This document shows positions 1-9,542 of a stretch of 64,000 nucleotides of DNA, piece after piece (position 1 is the first letter of the stretch; the number at the start of each line of letters is the position of its first letter). The position numbers and the translations under genes are program-made. Below the pieces are notes generated by a model, which did no database searches, was not told the DNA's origin, and worked only from the letters and a program-made list of their open reading frames with translations. The DNA is from a virus: the IMG/VR virus record IMGVR_UViG_3300044700_000345, positions 1 to 64,000 of that record; one strand, 5' to 3'.

Positions 1-438
1 ACGCTTTGGCACCAAATTGATATCGGCCTGTCCCAGGACTGCTGGGAAATTCAAGGCGCTACTGAACGTACACCCAAGAGAATCTGTATTCCATCCTATA
101 GATCTGATTACAGCAAACAAAAATCTGAGAATGTCAACATTCACAAGGCACTGTATCAATGTGCTTGGGGAGACGTAGGCTCTTTGCTCGTAACTAGAAT
201 GTGTGGCAATCCCAAGTGCGGCAATCCTTTGCACATGGTATCTAGTCTGAATGTTGCAGCTTCTCCACCACAATCAGTGACACCTCTTGAAATTGATTTT
301 AAAGCAGAGAAGTTAATGCTGTTTAACCGCCAGGGTGTATTAAACCAGCAACCTGAAAAAATTGTTGAGCAATCATTTAAACATGCTATTACAAATCCGT
401 TATATGCCAAAGAACCACCTGAGTACGATGAAGGTTAG
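1..438 (+). CDS. HNH/His-Me finger endonuclease-like protein, 5' truncated by window
   Basis: Frame 1 is open from base 1 (TLWHQIDIGLSQDCWE...NIHKALYQCAWG...RMCGNPKCGNPLHM); the DCW...H...CxNxxCxNPxH pattern is typical of phage HNH nucleases. Confidence 0.65.
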   Translation, partial: TLWHQIDIGLSQDCWEIQGATERTPKRICIPSYRSDYSKQKSENVNIHKALYQCAWGDVGSLLVTRMCGNPKCGNPLHMVSSLNVAASPPQSVTPLEIDFKAEKLMLFNRQGVLNQQPEKIVEQSFKHAITNPLYAKEPPEYDEG

Positions 439-480
439 ATCCCCCGCGAGTACAATAAAAAAACAAAACTATAGCTAATA

Positions 481-1236
481 ATGGCACGTAACCAATTAAC
501 TCAACGTCAGCGAACTGCCAAAAATCCGTTGTTGATTGGTTCGTTTGATCAGACATCGTTGCGCGTATTAACCGGTACCCTTGGTGCGCTAAACCAAGTA
601 GTTGGTTACAGGGATACAAATCAAAATTCTAATGGTGGTCATGGCGGTGGAACCATGAACCATTGGTTTCAAATAAACTTGCTAGCTCCTGCTTGGCTTA
701 TTGTTTGCAAAGGTGGTCCAAGACCTAACTATATTCAAGTATCTGCTTATGATTTAAATCGTAACCCAATCGAAGGAAGGATGCTTTTTCAAGATGACAG
801 CATATCAACTACTGATGAAAACGGAAACACATTTTATCCTTACTCAAAACATGTAATGTCTGCTGGTTCCAATCTATATAATTCTTCTGATCCACTAAGA
901 GTAGACAAAGGAAATAATTTGTATTTTACATTTGAGGCGGGGAGCTATTTGCTTTGTGTTTCTAGTACGCGAAATGAGCGTTTAGATTACACCCTTGGTT
1001 TAGTTGTGGAGGTTGCGTCTAACGATGTTTTTATGTTGACAGAGGATAGTGAAGGTGGCTTTTTATTACTGGAAACATCTACTGATGACAAGATTTTAAT
1101 GGATACTGGAGAAGGTTACGATGGGAACCTTTATCATGATCAATCACTTAGTGAATGGCGTGATGCTTGGCAGCGAGAACGCAACCCAGATGACCCTCTT
1201 CCTAATTTATTTATTCCACTTACCAACCGCCCTTAA
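481..1236 (+). CDS. hypothetical protein (predicted beta-rich)
   Basis: 251-aa ORF with TACAAT at 451-456 upstream. Confidence 0.7.
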   Translation: MARNQLTQRQRTAKNPLLIGSFDQTSLRVLTGTLGALNQVVGYRDTNQNSNGGHGGGTMNHWFQINLLAPAWLIVCKGGPRPNYIQVSAYDLNRNPIEGRMLFQDDSISTTDENGNTFYPYSKHVMSAGSNLYNSSDPLRVDKGNNLYFTFEAGSYLLCVSSTRNERLDYTLGLVVEVASNDVFMLTEDSEGGFLLLETSTDDKILMDTGEGYDGNLYHDQSLSEWRDAWQRERNPDDPLPNLFIPLTNRP

Positions 1237-1240
1237 ATGA

Positions 1241-1678
1241 ATGAAGCCAATCAAACGCCACAAAAAAGTATTTACAAAACAATTGCCTGGGAATTATTTG
1301 GTAGTAATGCGTTTACTTCCATGGATGCGCACTTCGCACGGATGTGTGTGGCTTGCAAGTCTTGCCGTGGGCAAAAGCAGGAGACAGATAAACGATTGGC
1401 TGAAAAGAAAAACAAAAAGAAAAAATGTTCGCCGCCTGGCTTCATGTTTGACCGGTAGGCATTTAAACCGTATTCAAGCAATCGGTATTCAACAGGTGCG
1501 GCAGTGGATGCAAGAGTTATCACCAGGGGATTCAATTACATTGCGCTGTGAGTCGGCAAAGCCTGACAAGCAATTTCGTGTATGGAAGAAATGGTTTCAA
1601 CGTTGGGAAGATTCAAGGTGGGATATCAATGAAGAGTTTAAATCTTTTTTCTATTACAAGCTAAAGCCAGTAAAATAA
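1241..1678 (+). CDS. hypothetical basic, Trp-rich protein
   Basis: 145-aa ORF filling the gap between neighbours. Confidence 0.6.
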   Translation: MKPIKRHKKVFTKQLPGNYLVVMRLLPWMRTSHGCVWLASLAVGKSRRQINDWLKRKTKRKNVRRLASCLTGRHLNRIQAIGIQQVRQWMQELSPGDSITLRCESAKPDKQFRVWKKWFQRWEDSRWDINEEFKSFFYYKLKPVK

Positions 1679-1698
1679 TAATAGTTACCTCCAAGATT

Positions 1699-1866
1699 AT
1701 GCACGGTTCTTTTTCTGATTATGTTGGCGCTTTGCTTGCTATTCACGCAGCAGCTAGCGCAGTGACTGCACTGACCAGCACTCCTAAAGACGACACATTT
1801 GTAAAGAAATTTTACAAAGTGATTGAACTTCTTGCCTTGGTTACTGCTAAGACCAAGCAACGCTAA
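1699..1866 (+). CDS. small holin-like membrane protein (55 aa, not in ORF track)
   Basis: MHGSFSDYVGALLAIHAAASAVTALTSTPKDDTFVKKFYKVIELLALVTAKTKQR; hydrophobic helix, TPKDD turn and basic tail; TAAAAT at 1671-1676; next to a peptidase gene. Confidence 0.6.
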   Translation: MHGSFSDYVGALLAIHAAASAVTALTSTPKDDTFVKKFYKVIELLALVTAKTKQR

Positions 1867-1868
1867 TC

Positions 1869-2543
1869 TTAGGCAAGAATACACCACCCCGTATTTGGTC
1901 CATCTGCCATCCAACGGGGTTCAAAATTCTTGTAGCTGTAGTGCTTCTTAGCCCCATCGGTATTTGGGTAAGTGCCTGCAAGTAGATCAATTTCCCCCCA
2001 GGGATCATTTACCCAATAGCCAGTAGCGTCATAGCCAGTAATACAAAGCCAATGTCCACCACCAGTTGGTTTACTTGGTGTTCCATGGTGCAAAAATCCT
2101 GCTGGTACTGGCTTGCCTGCGTTGATTTGTTTTTGAATTAAAGCACGATTACCGTTTGTTACAAAGATAACAGGCAACCCAAAGTCTTTTAGGGCAGCAA
2201 TCTGAGTAGAGCCTTCGGTTGTATCACCATGATTAAAGACTACTTTGATGTAGTCATCATCGGTCTTGATACTACCGGGTTTAAGGAACTTGAGTAGCAT
2301 TGCACAGCTAGAGCTAAAGCAAGTCCTGTTAGCGTCGCGGTAATTATCCCGCTGGCTCATGTACTGAACAGCTAGGGGATTATTAATTTTTGTTACAGTA
2401 TCAGTTGAGTTTCTAAACCGTTTTAAAAACTCAGTCTGTTCTTCTTTTGACAACACTCCCCAAGCAAAATTCCATGCTTTGTCCTGGTGCTCCAGGGACT
2501 TGTTTTTGTCTGTTGCCCAGGCAGCGTCAAGGAATGTGGTCAT
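1869..2543 (-). CDS. C39-like (papain-fold) peptidase, putative endolysin
   Basis: YMSQRDN...RTCFSSSCAM (catalytic Cys), GGGHWLCITGYD (His), VNDPWG (Asp). Confidence 0.8.
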   Translation of the reverse strand: MTTFLDAAWATDKNKSLEHQDKAWNFAWGVLSKEEQTEFLKRFRNSTDTVTKINNPLAVQYMSQRDNYRDANRTCFSSSCAMLLKFLKPGSIKTDDDYIKVVFNHGDTTEGSTQIAALKDFGLPVIFVTNGNRALIQKQINAGKPVPAGFLHHGTPSKPTGGGHWLCITGYDATGYWVNDPWGEIDLLAGTYPNTDGAKKHYSYKNFEPRWMADGPNTGWCILA

Positions 2544-2570
2544 GGTGGTGGTAGGTAGTGGCGTTAACTA

Positions 2571-4025
2571 CTAGCTCAGGCGATAGGAAACAAAAGTGTT
2601 AGCAGCAGTTCGCCGCGAGGCAAATTGCGCCGATGCACCTATAGCAATGGTAGCACTGCCGACAATTGTATGGGCCGTGTTTGCACCAATTGTGCAAATG
2701 CCAGAGCCAGTGTTAATGACTGACCATTGAAAAGCCATGTTGGTATAGATGCCTGCAAAGCCACCTTCCGTTAATGTGCCTGTTGGTAACGTAAGTGTTG
2801 CAGCGGCACCTGTGTATTCAATAATGCCGGTCTGCAATTCAGCTACTGTAAGCGTGGCAGCAGCACTTTTGCTAGTTGGTGTTGGCTGGTTGTAAGCAAT
2901 AGTACCACCGTTGGTAATACGTAGCTTTTCGGATATTACCGTGGTGCCAGCAGTTGTTGTACCAAATACAAGTCGTCCAGGCGAACTTGCGCTAAGTATG
3001 GCAATTTCTGAATATGCCTGAATTGATGCACATGGGCGGGTATTAGTTCCATCTGTTCCAATAAAATTAACATAACCTAGCGCATCATTTGCTGTCGTTT
3101 GACCAGTCAAATCTGTGCTTACATTGCTTTTTGTTCTGAGAAAAGTTAGCTCACACGCTGAAGCGGCAGTAGTGTTCCCATAAGACCATAACAATGGACC
3201 TGCGGGGTTGTTGCCACCTCCTCCAGCAATATAATTTGAGTCCATTGATGATAGTTGAGTACTTGCCGATACAGAATAATAACTCAACGCTGTAGTAAAT
3301 CCTGCGCCAAATAAAGTTGCCTGCGCAGAAATTGTTAATGCCGTGTTACCCTCTGTGACAACAGTAAATTTGCCGTCAGTTCCTGTATCAGTAACAGTTG
3401 CAGATGTATTGCCTACAGAAATACTTGTACCAGCTATAACGCCTGTATATGTAAGAGTTGAAAAAATACCAGTAGCAGCCGTAATCGTAGTACCGGTAAT
3501 TGTTACGCCTGTAATAGAAGTAAAATTTCCTGTGGTGGAATTTAAAGTTTCAAAGCCACCTGATGTTCCAGTAATTGTTACGCCACTAACTTTTTGTAAA
3601 AAATTTCCAGAAGTTACATTGATTGTTTGGCCTGTAAGTGTTGTAAAATTTCCCAAGACACCGTTAACATTGGTACCCTGAACGTTTGCTCCCGTAATAG
3701 TTGCACCACTAATTGTGCCACTAGCAATTATTCCACTTTGCGCAAGAAGAGATCCAACTGTAACAACACCGGTAAATGCAGCTGCTGTAAAATTTGTGCT
3801 ACCAGAAACCGTAAGATCTCCTTGCACAACTACCGCACCGCTCACTGTTCCGCCAGTGCGTGGTAAGTAATAAATATCTAAATATTGCTTAGTTCCAGAA
3901 AGGGTTAGCCTTCTGTTTTTAAGCGTAGGATCAACTTCGCCTACATGAACAACCGTAAACAGATCATCTTCTGCTAAAGAAGTTCCTGCAATTACTTGTA
4001 ACTCTGTTATGCGTCTGTTAGCCAC
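2571..4025 (-). CDS. putative tail fibre / receptor-binding protein
   Basis: N-terminal MANRRITEL...DDLF anchor-type motif; Gly/Thr-rich SGxTITG repeats; C-terminal modules. Confidence 0.7.
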   Translation of the reverse strand: MANRRITELQVIAGTSLAEDDLFTVVHVGEVDPTLKNRRLTLSGTKQYLDIYYLPRTGGTVSGAVVVQGDLTVSGSTNFTAAAFTGVVTVGSLLAQSGIIASGTISGATITGANVQGTNVNGVLGNFTTLTGQTINVTSGNFLQKVSGVTITGTSGGFETLNSTTGNFTSITGVTITGTTITAATGIFSTLTYTGVIAGTSISVGNTSATVTDTGTDGKFTVVTEGNTALTISAQATLFGAGFTTALSYYSVSASTQLSSMDSNYIAGGGGNNPAGPLLWSYGNTTAASACELTFLRTKSNVSTDLTGQTTANDALGYVNFIGTDGTNTRPCASIQAYSEIAILSASSPGRLVFGTTTAGTTVISEKLRITNGGTIAYNQPTPTSKSAAATLTVAELQTGIIEYTGAAATLTLPTGTLTEGGFAGIYTNMAFQWSVINTGSGICTIGANTAHTIVGSATIAIGASAQFASRRTAANTFVSYRLS

Positions 4026-4075
4026 TTATAAAACGTAAACCTATTCAGTTAATTATAATTGGTTGTGCCCCAGGG

Positions 4076-4429
4076 TCACTTAACCCGTACTTCAATTTGC
4101 GGTAGGTTTTTAGAAGCAAGCCCCCAAACCCCTTGGATGCCACCAACAACAGTACAAGAAATCACAGCAATAACCAAAATTTCAGCAACGGTTAGGTTGC
4201 GGCGTACATATACAATTTTAGGTTCCGGAGCTTCTGGCATGTACATGTACCCTCCAGGGAGCGCGACGGGAGCCTCAGGTGCACGAAGATATCCTTCTGG
4301 ACCAGGAGGTTGTTGTTTCATCATGCGAATTGCTTGTTCCCTAGCATAAGCCTTCATTTCTGCTAGCTGTTCAGGAGAAATCCCTTGCATTTGCTGAGGC
4401 ACTTGACTGGCGGGAATCTGTTCTTCCAT
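4076..4429 (-). CDS. hypothetical membrane protein
   Basis: Q/P-rich N-terminus and one C-terminal hydrophobic helix. Confidence 0.7.
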   Translation of the reverse strand: MEEQIPASQVPQQMQGISPEQLAEMKAYAREQAIRMMKQQPPGPEGYLRAPEAPVALPGGYMYMPEAPEPKIVYVRRNLTVAEILVIAVISCTVVGGIQGVWGLASKNLPQIEVRVK

Positions 4430-4476
4430 GGACCTAGCAGAATCTTTGCTTACACACTAGCATTAATACAAAGCAA

Positions 4477-4899
4477 ATGGTCGGAATGTCCTACGGAATT
4501 CGTAAAGGCCTGGAAGATGTGGCCCATGAACTCAAGGGTATCCGTAATATTCTTGGTTCCATATGGCAAAGCAAGTATCAAACTGAAGAAACCAGTCGTC
4601 TAAATCCGGAAGCTTTTGCAGATGAGTACATTTCAAACGAAGAGTGTGCCCGCCGCCTGAGTGTATCAGATCAAACAATCAGGAATTGGATTGCCATGGG
4701 ACGCACCAATACTGATAAAGGGTGGACAGAAGGAATTCATTACGTAAACATTTGCCCAGTACCGGGGAAGAAAGCAGTTATCCGTGTGCCTTGGAACAAT
4801 TTAATTCGTTCTTTTTCCAAAGATAGGGCTATTGTTCCAGCGGATTTACACAAATCTTCTATGCTATATAAAACGTCAACCGAAGGAAAACTAGAATAA
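4477..4899 (+). CDS. excisionase/MerR-like HTH DNA-binding protein
   Basis: YISNEECARRLSVSDQTIRNWIAMG...EGIHY; start may be 4486. Confidence 0.75.
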   Translation: MVGMSYGIRKGLEDVAHELKGIRNILGSIWQSKYQTEETSRLNPEAFADEYISNEECARRLSVSDQTIRNWIAMGRTNTDKGWTEGIHYVNICPVPGKKAVIRVPWNNLIRSFSKDRAIVPADLHKSSMLYKTSTEGKLE

Positions 4900-5357
4900 T
4901 GTCATATCGGTTTCACAATCTTGATCTAAGTTTGCTCACTTTAGAAAACTGCAAAGAATTGTTGCCTTCTTCTTTGGCTCTTCAGGTGGAAATGTTTTTA
5001 CCTCCCGAAGGTTCCTTTGACAACGAATCCTTGCAAAGATACCTAGAGAATATTAAGAATTATGAAGAAGAGGACGTCAATTCTGGGATGACGTTAGCCA
5101 ATCGCCTTCGGGTTGCATTTAAGGATATGCAGCCCGATACAATATGTGGTAAATTTCCTCTTGCTGAATTACCTTTGAAGCGACGTTTGCGATGTGTTGC
5201 AGAATACTTGATTCGTTCAGGAGAGTTTGATAAAGTGCGAGATGAAACCGGCAAGCTAGTCAAGAAACGTGGTAACTTGGGTAAACTTGTGGTGTTGTAC
5301 AAACCACTGCCCAAACTTTTAGAGTCTCTTGCCTTCCATAAATTGTTAGCCAAATGA
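4899..5357 (+). CDS. hypothetical protein, possible winged helix
   Basis: 152-aa ORF, translationally coupled on both sides. Confidence 0.7.
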   Translation: MSYRFHNLDLSLLTLENCKELLPSSLALQVEMFLPPEGSFDNESLQRYLENIKNYEEEDVNSGMTLANRLRVAFKDMQPDTICGKFPLAELPLKRRLRCVAEYLIRSGEFDKVRDETGKLVKKRGNLGKLVVLYKPLPKLLESLAFHKLLAK

Positions 5358-5740
5358 ATCGACGCGAACGCCTTCTTGCCTCAGTGATCGGCCCCGACCT
5401 GGACGACACAAAAACAAAAATGCTCGATGCCACCTTAAAGCTTATCCTTGGTGACATCGGCCAACAGTACCTAAAACACTGGGAAGCGGAAGGGCCTGGT
5501 GTTATGGTTTTTCAACCAGAAAACCAAGAGCGTTCCATGATTTTCTTGACGCTTGAAGAGCTTCACTCTGCTCAAGAAAAAGAAGAACAAAACAATAACG
5601 GAGATCTAGCTGAGACTTTCCGCCGGATCCTGGAAGCAGCACAGAAAATTAATCCACTAGAGAAAGCTGGCTACATAGTTAACGATGCAGAGGGCATTCG
5701 CTATTTGGAAATAGACTATAACAAGGTAGACAAAGCGTAA
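5354..5740 (+). CDS. hypothetical protein
   Basis: 128-aa ORF with ATGA/TAATG coupling. Confidence 0.7.
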   Translation: MNRRERLLASVIGPDLDDTKTKMLDATLKLILGDIGQQYLKHWEAEGPGVMVFQPENQERSMIFLTLEELHSAQEKEEQNNNGDLAETFRRILEAAQKINPLEKAGYIVNDAEGIRYLEIDYNKVDKA

Positions 5741-6327
5741 TGGCTATTCATGATTACAGGACGCACCGAGAAGATTTAGAACTGATCACAAATTATGATT
5801 TGATATCATCTGCGCATGCGTTGATGAATGGAATTGATTTGGATGTTGCTAGTTCAAAAGTTGCCAACGAATACGTACAAGCAGAAAAGTTTTACTCTCC
5901 CATGGACGACGGTCTTAACGTCCAAGAATGGTCAGGGAAGGTTTATCTGTTTCCTCCAGGGGGAGCATACTTCTGGCAAAAGAAAATGGATCGCTGGAAG
6001 ATGACACGATCAAGTTCTCCTTCAATGGTATCTTCTCATGCTGTCTGGTTCCGTAAGCTGTATCGTACGTGGTTTAAAAAAGATGTCAAGCAAGCGTTGT
6101 ATTTTAGTAACTGCCCAGACATGATTCGATATGAACAAAAGATATTTGATTTTCCCGTTTGCATTCTTAAGACTCCTCCCTTACTTGTGAAGAACACAAG
6201 CCAAGGTATTGCTAGTCACAAAACATGTACTTCATTAATTGTGTACCTGCCGCCATTGACGGACACGGGGCATGCCGTACAAAGATTTATAGATCTTTAC
6301 CAAGACAAAGGGCGGATCCTTACCTGA
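5740..6327 (+). CDS. phage N6-adenine DNA methyltransferase-like protein with atypical motif IV
   Basis: IDLDVASSKVAN...FYSPMDDGLNVQEWSGKVYLFPP matches phage Dam-like D-L-D-P-A-S...DGL..W...NPP(Y/F), but reads FPPG. Confidence 0.6.
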   Translation: MAIHDYRTHREDLELITNYDLISSAHALMNGIDLDVASSKVANEYVQAEKFYSPMDDGLNVQEWSGKVYLFPPGGAYFWQKKMDRWKMTRSSSPSMVSSHAVWFRKLYRTWFKKDVKQALYFSNCPDMIRYEQKIFDFPVCILKTPPLLVKNTSQGIASHKTCTSLIVYLPPLTDTGHAVQRFIDLYQDKGRILT

Positions 6328-6360
6328 CCACGGTAGACTAAGTACCGATTGGACAGCTTC

Positions 6361-6948
6361 ATGAGCATTCTTTGCGACCGCGAAATCAAAGCACTGGCAT
6401 TACAAAAAGAAATGATTAGTCCTTTTCAGGACAAGCTAATCAGCGAAGTTGATGGCCGTCGTATTTTAAGCTATGGGCTTAGCTCCTACGGATACGATAT
6501 TCGTCTATCCCCCAAGCAGTGTCTAATCTTTGGGCGGATTCAAAAAGGAGATTGTGATCCTAAAGACTTTGATGCTGATATCCTGACAAATGCAGAGTTG
6601 TTGGAAGATGAGAAGGGCCAATATTTTATTTTGCCACCATACGGATACTGCCTTGGTGTCGCTCAAGAACGCATTAAACTTCCAAGGGATGTTACTGTTG
6701 TTGCCGTAGGTAAATCAACATATGCACGATCAGGGATCTTGGTAAATATTACACCAGCCGAAGCTGAGTGGGAAGGCTACCTTACGTTAGAAATCAGTAA
6801 TTGCACTGGTTTGTTCAATCGTATTTACGCTGACGAAGGCATTACACAACTTTTGTTTTACCGTGGATACCCCTGCGAGGTATCCTACCAGGATCGAAAG
6901 GGTAAGTATCAAGATCAAAAGAAAGAAGTAGTTTTCTCCCAGGTGTAA
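6361..6948 (+). CDS. dcd: dCTP deaminase
   Basis: LSYGLSSYGYDIRL, GKSTYARSG, NITPAEAEWEGYLTLEISN, GKYQDQ. Confidence 0.95.
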   Translation: MSILCDREIKALALQKEMISPFQDKLISEVDGRRILSYGLSSYGYDIRLSPKQCLIFGRIQKGDCDPKDFDADILTNAELLEDEKGQYFILPPYGYCLGVAQERIKLPRDVTVVAVGKSTYARSGILVNITPAEAEWEGYLTLEISNCTGLFNRIYADEGITQLLFYRGYPCEVSYQDRKGKYQDQKKEVVFSQV

Positions 6949-7145
6949 TGGCTGCCGCACAAAGACTTGAAGTTGTAGAGATCTTAATGAGATCTATAAT
7001 TTACCAAGAGAACGAGGAGCTTTGCAAAAAGTTTTCCCGTTTTCGTGGTGATGACGTGCAATGGGTATTAAATGCACTTCACCCTATGTTTGAAATGCTG
7101 CAAGAGTCTTTGGAGCTTGAAGCCTACGGAAATACTACGTACTAA
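6948..7145 (+). CDS. hypothetical protein
   Basis: 65-aa ORF coupled to dcd (TAATG). Confidence 0.55.
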   Translation: MAAAQRLEVVEILMRSIIYQENEELCKKFSRFRGDDVQWVLNALHPMFEMLQESLELEAYGNTTY

Positions 7146-7480
7146 CCGTAGCTGCGACCAAAGCTAGCACCTGGTTTATTGGCGTAGTTGGTACTGCCTG
7201 CTCTACCAATGGTGTCACCCATGCTGGGTAATGATGTACCAGCAATACTTGCTTCTGCTCTAGGTGTTTTACCTCGAATAGATGGCTCATCAATACCAGC
7301 TTTTTGCCTGAATTTACCAGCGCTACGTGCAGCTGCCATGTACTTAGCTACTTTATCTTGCTTATCATTTAATACAGATACAGAGTTTCGCTCCCTTGGT
7401 TCTACTCGCCGTAAGTCTGTGTCATACGCCTGTTCTGGCCGTAGATCCGAACTCTCCGCTCCAGATGTGCCTAAACCCAT
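7142..7480 (-). CDS. hypothetical protein
   Basis: 112-aa ORF filling the gap. Confidence 0.6.
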   Translation of the reverse strand: MGLGTSGAESSDLRPEQAYDTDLRRVEPRERNSVSVLNDKQDKVAKYMAAARSAGKFRQKAGIDEPSIRGKTPRAEASIAGTSLPSMGDTIGRAGSTNYANKPGASFGRSYG

Positions 7481-7554
7481 TTTAACTACCTACTTAAGCA
7501 ACAAATCTTGTCGTGATAATATTGTAAGAGACATAATTTAGGCCTTATATTACC

Positions 7555-7905
7555 ATGCATGGAGCCGCTGGTTTCCTGGATAGTTTCATCCAAGACGAGA
7601 TTGATTGTCGTTGCCTGACCGAAGAAGACTTTGGTGCACCTTTGAGCAACGAAAAGGCTGACGTCCCCCTCCAAGATATGTATAATAGGGGTCTGGTCCT
7701 TCCCCAACAGGGGCGGGAACGCTTAAACCTTGGTGAGGATAACCACGAATGGAAGGAAATGTCACAGACGCGTCCGGGAATGACCGGGTATATTCCTTCG
7801 ATGGAGGAAGCCCTGGAGCAGTATCCAGCGTCGTCTCCTCGCCCACAGAAACTTGTCCTGGCTCTGGGCTCTCCGTCAATGAAGAGTGGCGGTTTGAGTC
7901 GGTAG
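7555..7905 (+). CDS. hypothetical protein
   Basis: 116-aa ORF; 3' part overlaps the next ORF in another frame. Confidence 0.6.
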   Translation: MHGAAGFLDSFIQDEIDCRCLTEEDFGAPLSNEKADVPLQDMYNRGLVLPQQGRERLNLGEDNHEWKEMSQTRPGMTGYIPSMEEALEQYPASSPRPQKLVLALGSPSMKSGGLSR

Positions 7906-8372
7906 GACTTAAGACAGCAACATATTGTTTGCCTGTAGCGCCCAGGGGTGGTGTTAATGAAAAATTAACCAATCCCAAAGATATAGTTGGTGTACGAAAA
8001 GCACCTATGTCCACAGTCCCAGCAAATGTTCTTGCGGAGATTGGTGTGGCAATGCTTGAAGGAAGCGTTAAGTACGGGCGCCATAATTATCGGGTTGCAG
8101 GTGTCAGAGCTTCTGTTTACTATGACGCAGTTATGCGACACTTAATGTCTTGGTGGGAAGGCGAAGATATAGATTCTGATTCAAACATGAACCACATCAC
8201 TAAAGCACTTAGCTGTTTAGTAGTGCTTCGAGATGCACAGATGCAAAAAATGTATACAGACGATAGGCCGCCTAAAGCCAAGGCTTTTTATGAGGAGCTG
8301 CACCAAAAATCTGCAATCATTCTTGATAAGTATTCCGATAGAAATCCAAAACACTACAGTGAATTAGATTAA
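7749..8372 (+). CDS. dATP/dGTP diphosphohydrolase-domain (DUF5664-like) protein
   Basis: TNPKDIVG..K...VP...GSVKYGRHNYR..GV.AS.YYDA..RHL..WW.GED.D.DS...H pattern; true start uncertain. Confidence 0.8.
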   Translation: MEGNVTDASGNDRVYSFDGGSPGAVSSVVSSPTETCPGSGLSVNEEWRFESVGLKTATYCLPVAPRGGVNEKLTNPKDIVGVRKAPMSTVPANVLAEIGVAMLEGSVKYGRHNYRVAGVRASVYYDAVMRHLMSWWEGEDIDSDSNMNHITKALSCLVVLRDAQMQKMYTDDRPPKAKAFYEELHQKSAIILDKYSDRNPKHYSELD

Positions 8373-8668
8373 AACGGAACGCAGTTTTCTTCGTCGTCTT
8401 CATCTTCGTCGTCGCTTGCGTACATGCAGGCGGCGGCAAGTTCTTCTAATTCTAAGTTTGTCGGAATCTCAAAGGTTAGATCAATATTTTCACCGGCCAA
8501 GATTTCGCGCACTGCCTGCCATTCCATCAAGCGTTGGTAGTACAGGTTAAGAAGTGCGGAGTGAAGTTGCTCCCAACACATCTCATCAGCTTGAAGCTCT
8601 GCCTTTCGCATGGCAAATTGAAACTCCAACGGAAGCTCAAATTCCCTGTGCTCAGAAGAGTTCTCCAT
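8369..8668 (-). CDS. NblA-like (phycobilisome degradation adaptor-like) protein with acidic tail
   Basis: ELPLEFQFAMRKAELQADEMCWEQLHSALLNLYYQRL resembles NblA L(S/T)LEQQF...M(S)xEQ...L..LY.Q. Confidence 0.55.
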   Translation of the reverse strand: MENSSEHREFELPLEFQFAMRKAELQADEMCWEQLHSALLNLYYQRLMEWQAVREILAGENIDLTFEIPTNLELEELAAACMYASDDEDEDDEENCVPF

Positions 8669-8702
8669 GTGAACGGATTGGCTTGGTTAATTCATTCTAA
8701 TC

Positions 8703-9371
8703 CTAGCTGTTGAAGATGTCGTCAAAGTCCTCCAGGGGATAACGCAGCCATTGGGTTGAGCCTACCTTAAATTCATTTGCAAAAACCGAAAGGATGTGCG
8801 GACTAATTTTGCGCTCCAGGTGTCGAATTGCTATTACTTCATTTTCTGCAGCACTGTATTCTCGAAAGGCAGCCAAAAGAATTTCTGTTGAAGGTGGAAG
8901 AACTGCTTCAACCTCCTTTAGGAAAAGTTGAATTTCATCGTTACGTCGTTCAATAAGGCCACCAATAACACTATGTTCTTCATCAAACACCCAGCGGCCA
9001 AGCTCTTCGGCAGCAGCGTAAAAATTATCTTCCTCCAGGGAATCAATTATGTTGCTGTAAAGAAAAGATTCCCACCCAATGGAATGAATAAAAGAAAGCA
9101 ATGCTTCTTGCATTGATTTTGGCAGTCCCAAATTCAATTTATCAAGAAGATCATCAATAATATTTAGCTCATAAAACAAATATTCAATTGCTTTCTCCTT
9201 GGAGCAACACTGCTCACCCTTAACTGAAGAACCATCAGGATAAAATTGTGTGCCGTAACCAAAGGTGTAAGGCTCTGCTCCAGTAATAGGATCTGCATAT
9301 GCCTTTTCGTTGTATCCGGCATGCTTGCAAATCAAATTCACAGCATTTGAAAAGTCAGACATTGGAGACAA
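8703..9371 (-). CDS. GH24 phage lysozyme-like protein (catalytic Glu apparently replaced by Ala)
   Basis: KAYADP...YTFGYGT, ALLSFIHSIG, GLIERRNDEIQLF. Confidence 0.8.
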   Translation of the reverse strand: MSPMSDFSNAVNLICKHAGYNEKAYADPITGAEPYTFGYGTQFYPDGSSVKGEQCCSKEKAIEYLFYELNIIDDLLDKLNLGLPKSMQEALLSFIHSIGWESFLYSNIIDSLEEDNFYAAAEELGRWVFDEEHSVIGGLIERRNDEIQLFLKEVEAVLPPSTEILLAAFREYSAAENEVIAIRHLERKISPHILSVFANEFKVGSTQWLRYPLEDFDDIFNS

Positions 9372-9398
9372 CTACTGTTATCTCCAATCATACACACT

Positions 9399-9524
9399 TT
9401 AGCTTCCTTGTCCGCGACTTAGTTTACGACCGTGGCTTGGTTTGGAGTTTTTACCATCGCCTTGCTTAGTGGTTTTAGGCTTGGATTCAATTTTGTTTGT
9501 AACGGTTGACTTGGGTTTGGCCAT
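9399..9524 (-). CDS. small basic protein (41 aa, not in ORF track)
   Basis: MAKPKSTVTNKIESKPKTTKQGDGKNSKPSHGRKLSRGQGS. Confidence 0.6.
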   Translation of the reverse strand: MAKPKSTVTNKIESKPKTTKQGDGKNSKPSHGRKLSRGQGS

Positions 9525-9542
9525 GGAGAACCTGTGGGGTGC

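Noticed and set aside
1237-1458. 73-aa ORF overlapping 1241..1678
   Set aside because: Almost fully nested in the longer ORF with no independent support; cannot be excluded but not called.
1869-4025. Tail fibre in frame with the C39 peptidase across TAG-TAG (possible read-through fusion)
   Set aside because: A double stop suggests firm termination, and an in-frame neighbour has a one-in-three chance.
7749-8372. Evidence for a 2-aminoadenine (Z) genome
   Set aside because: No PurZ-like gene is visible, and this domain occurs widely in phages.
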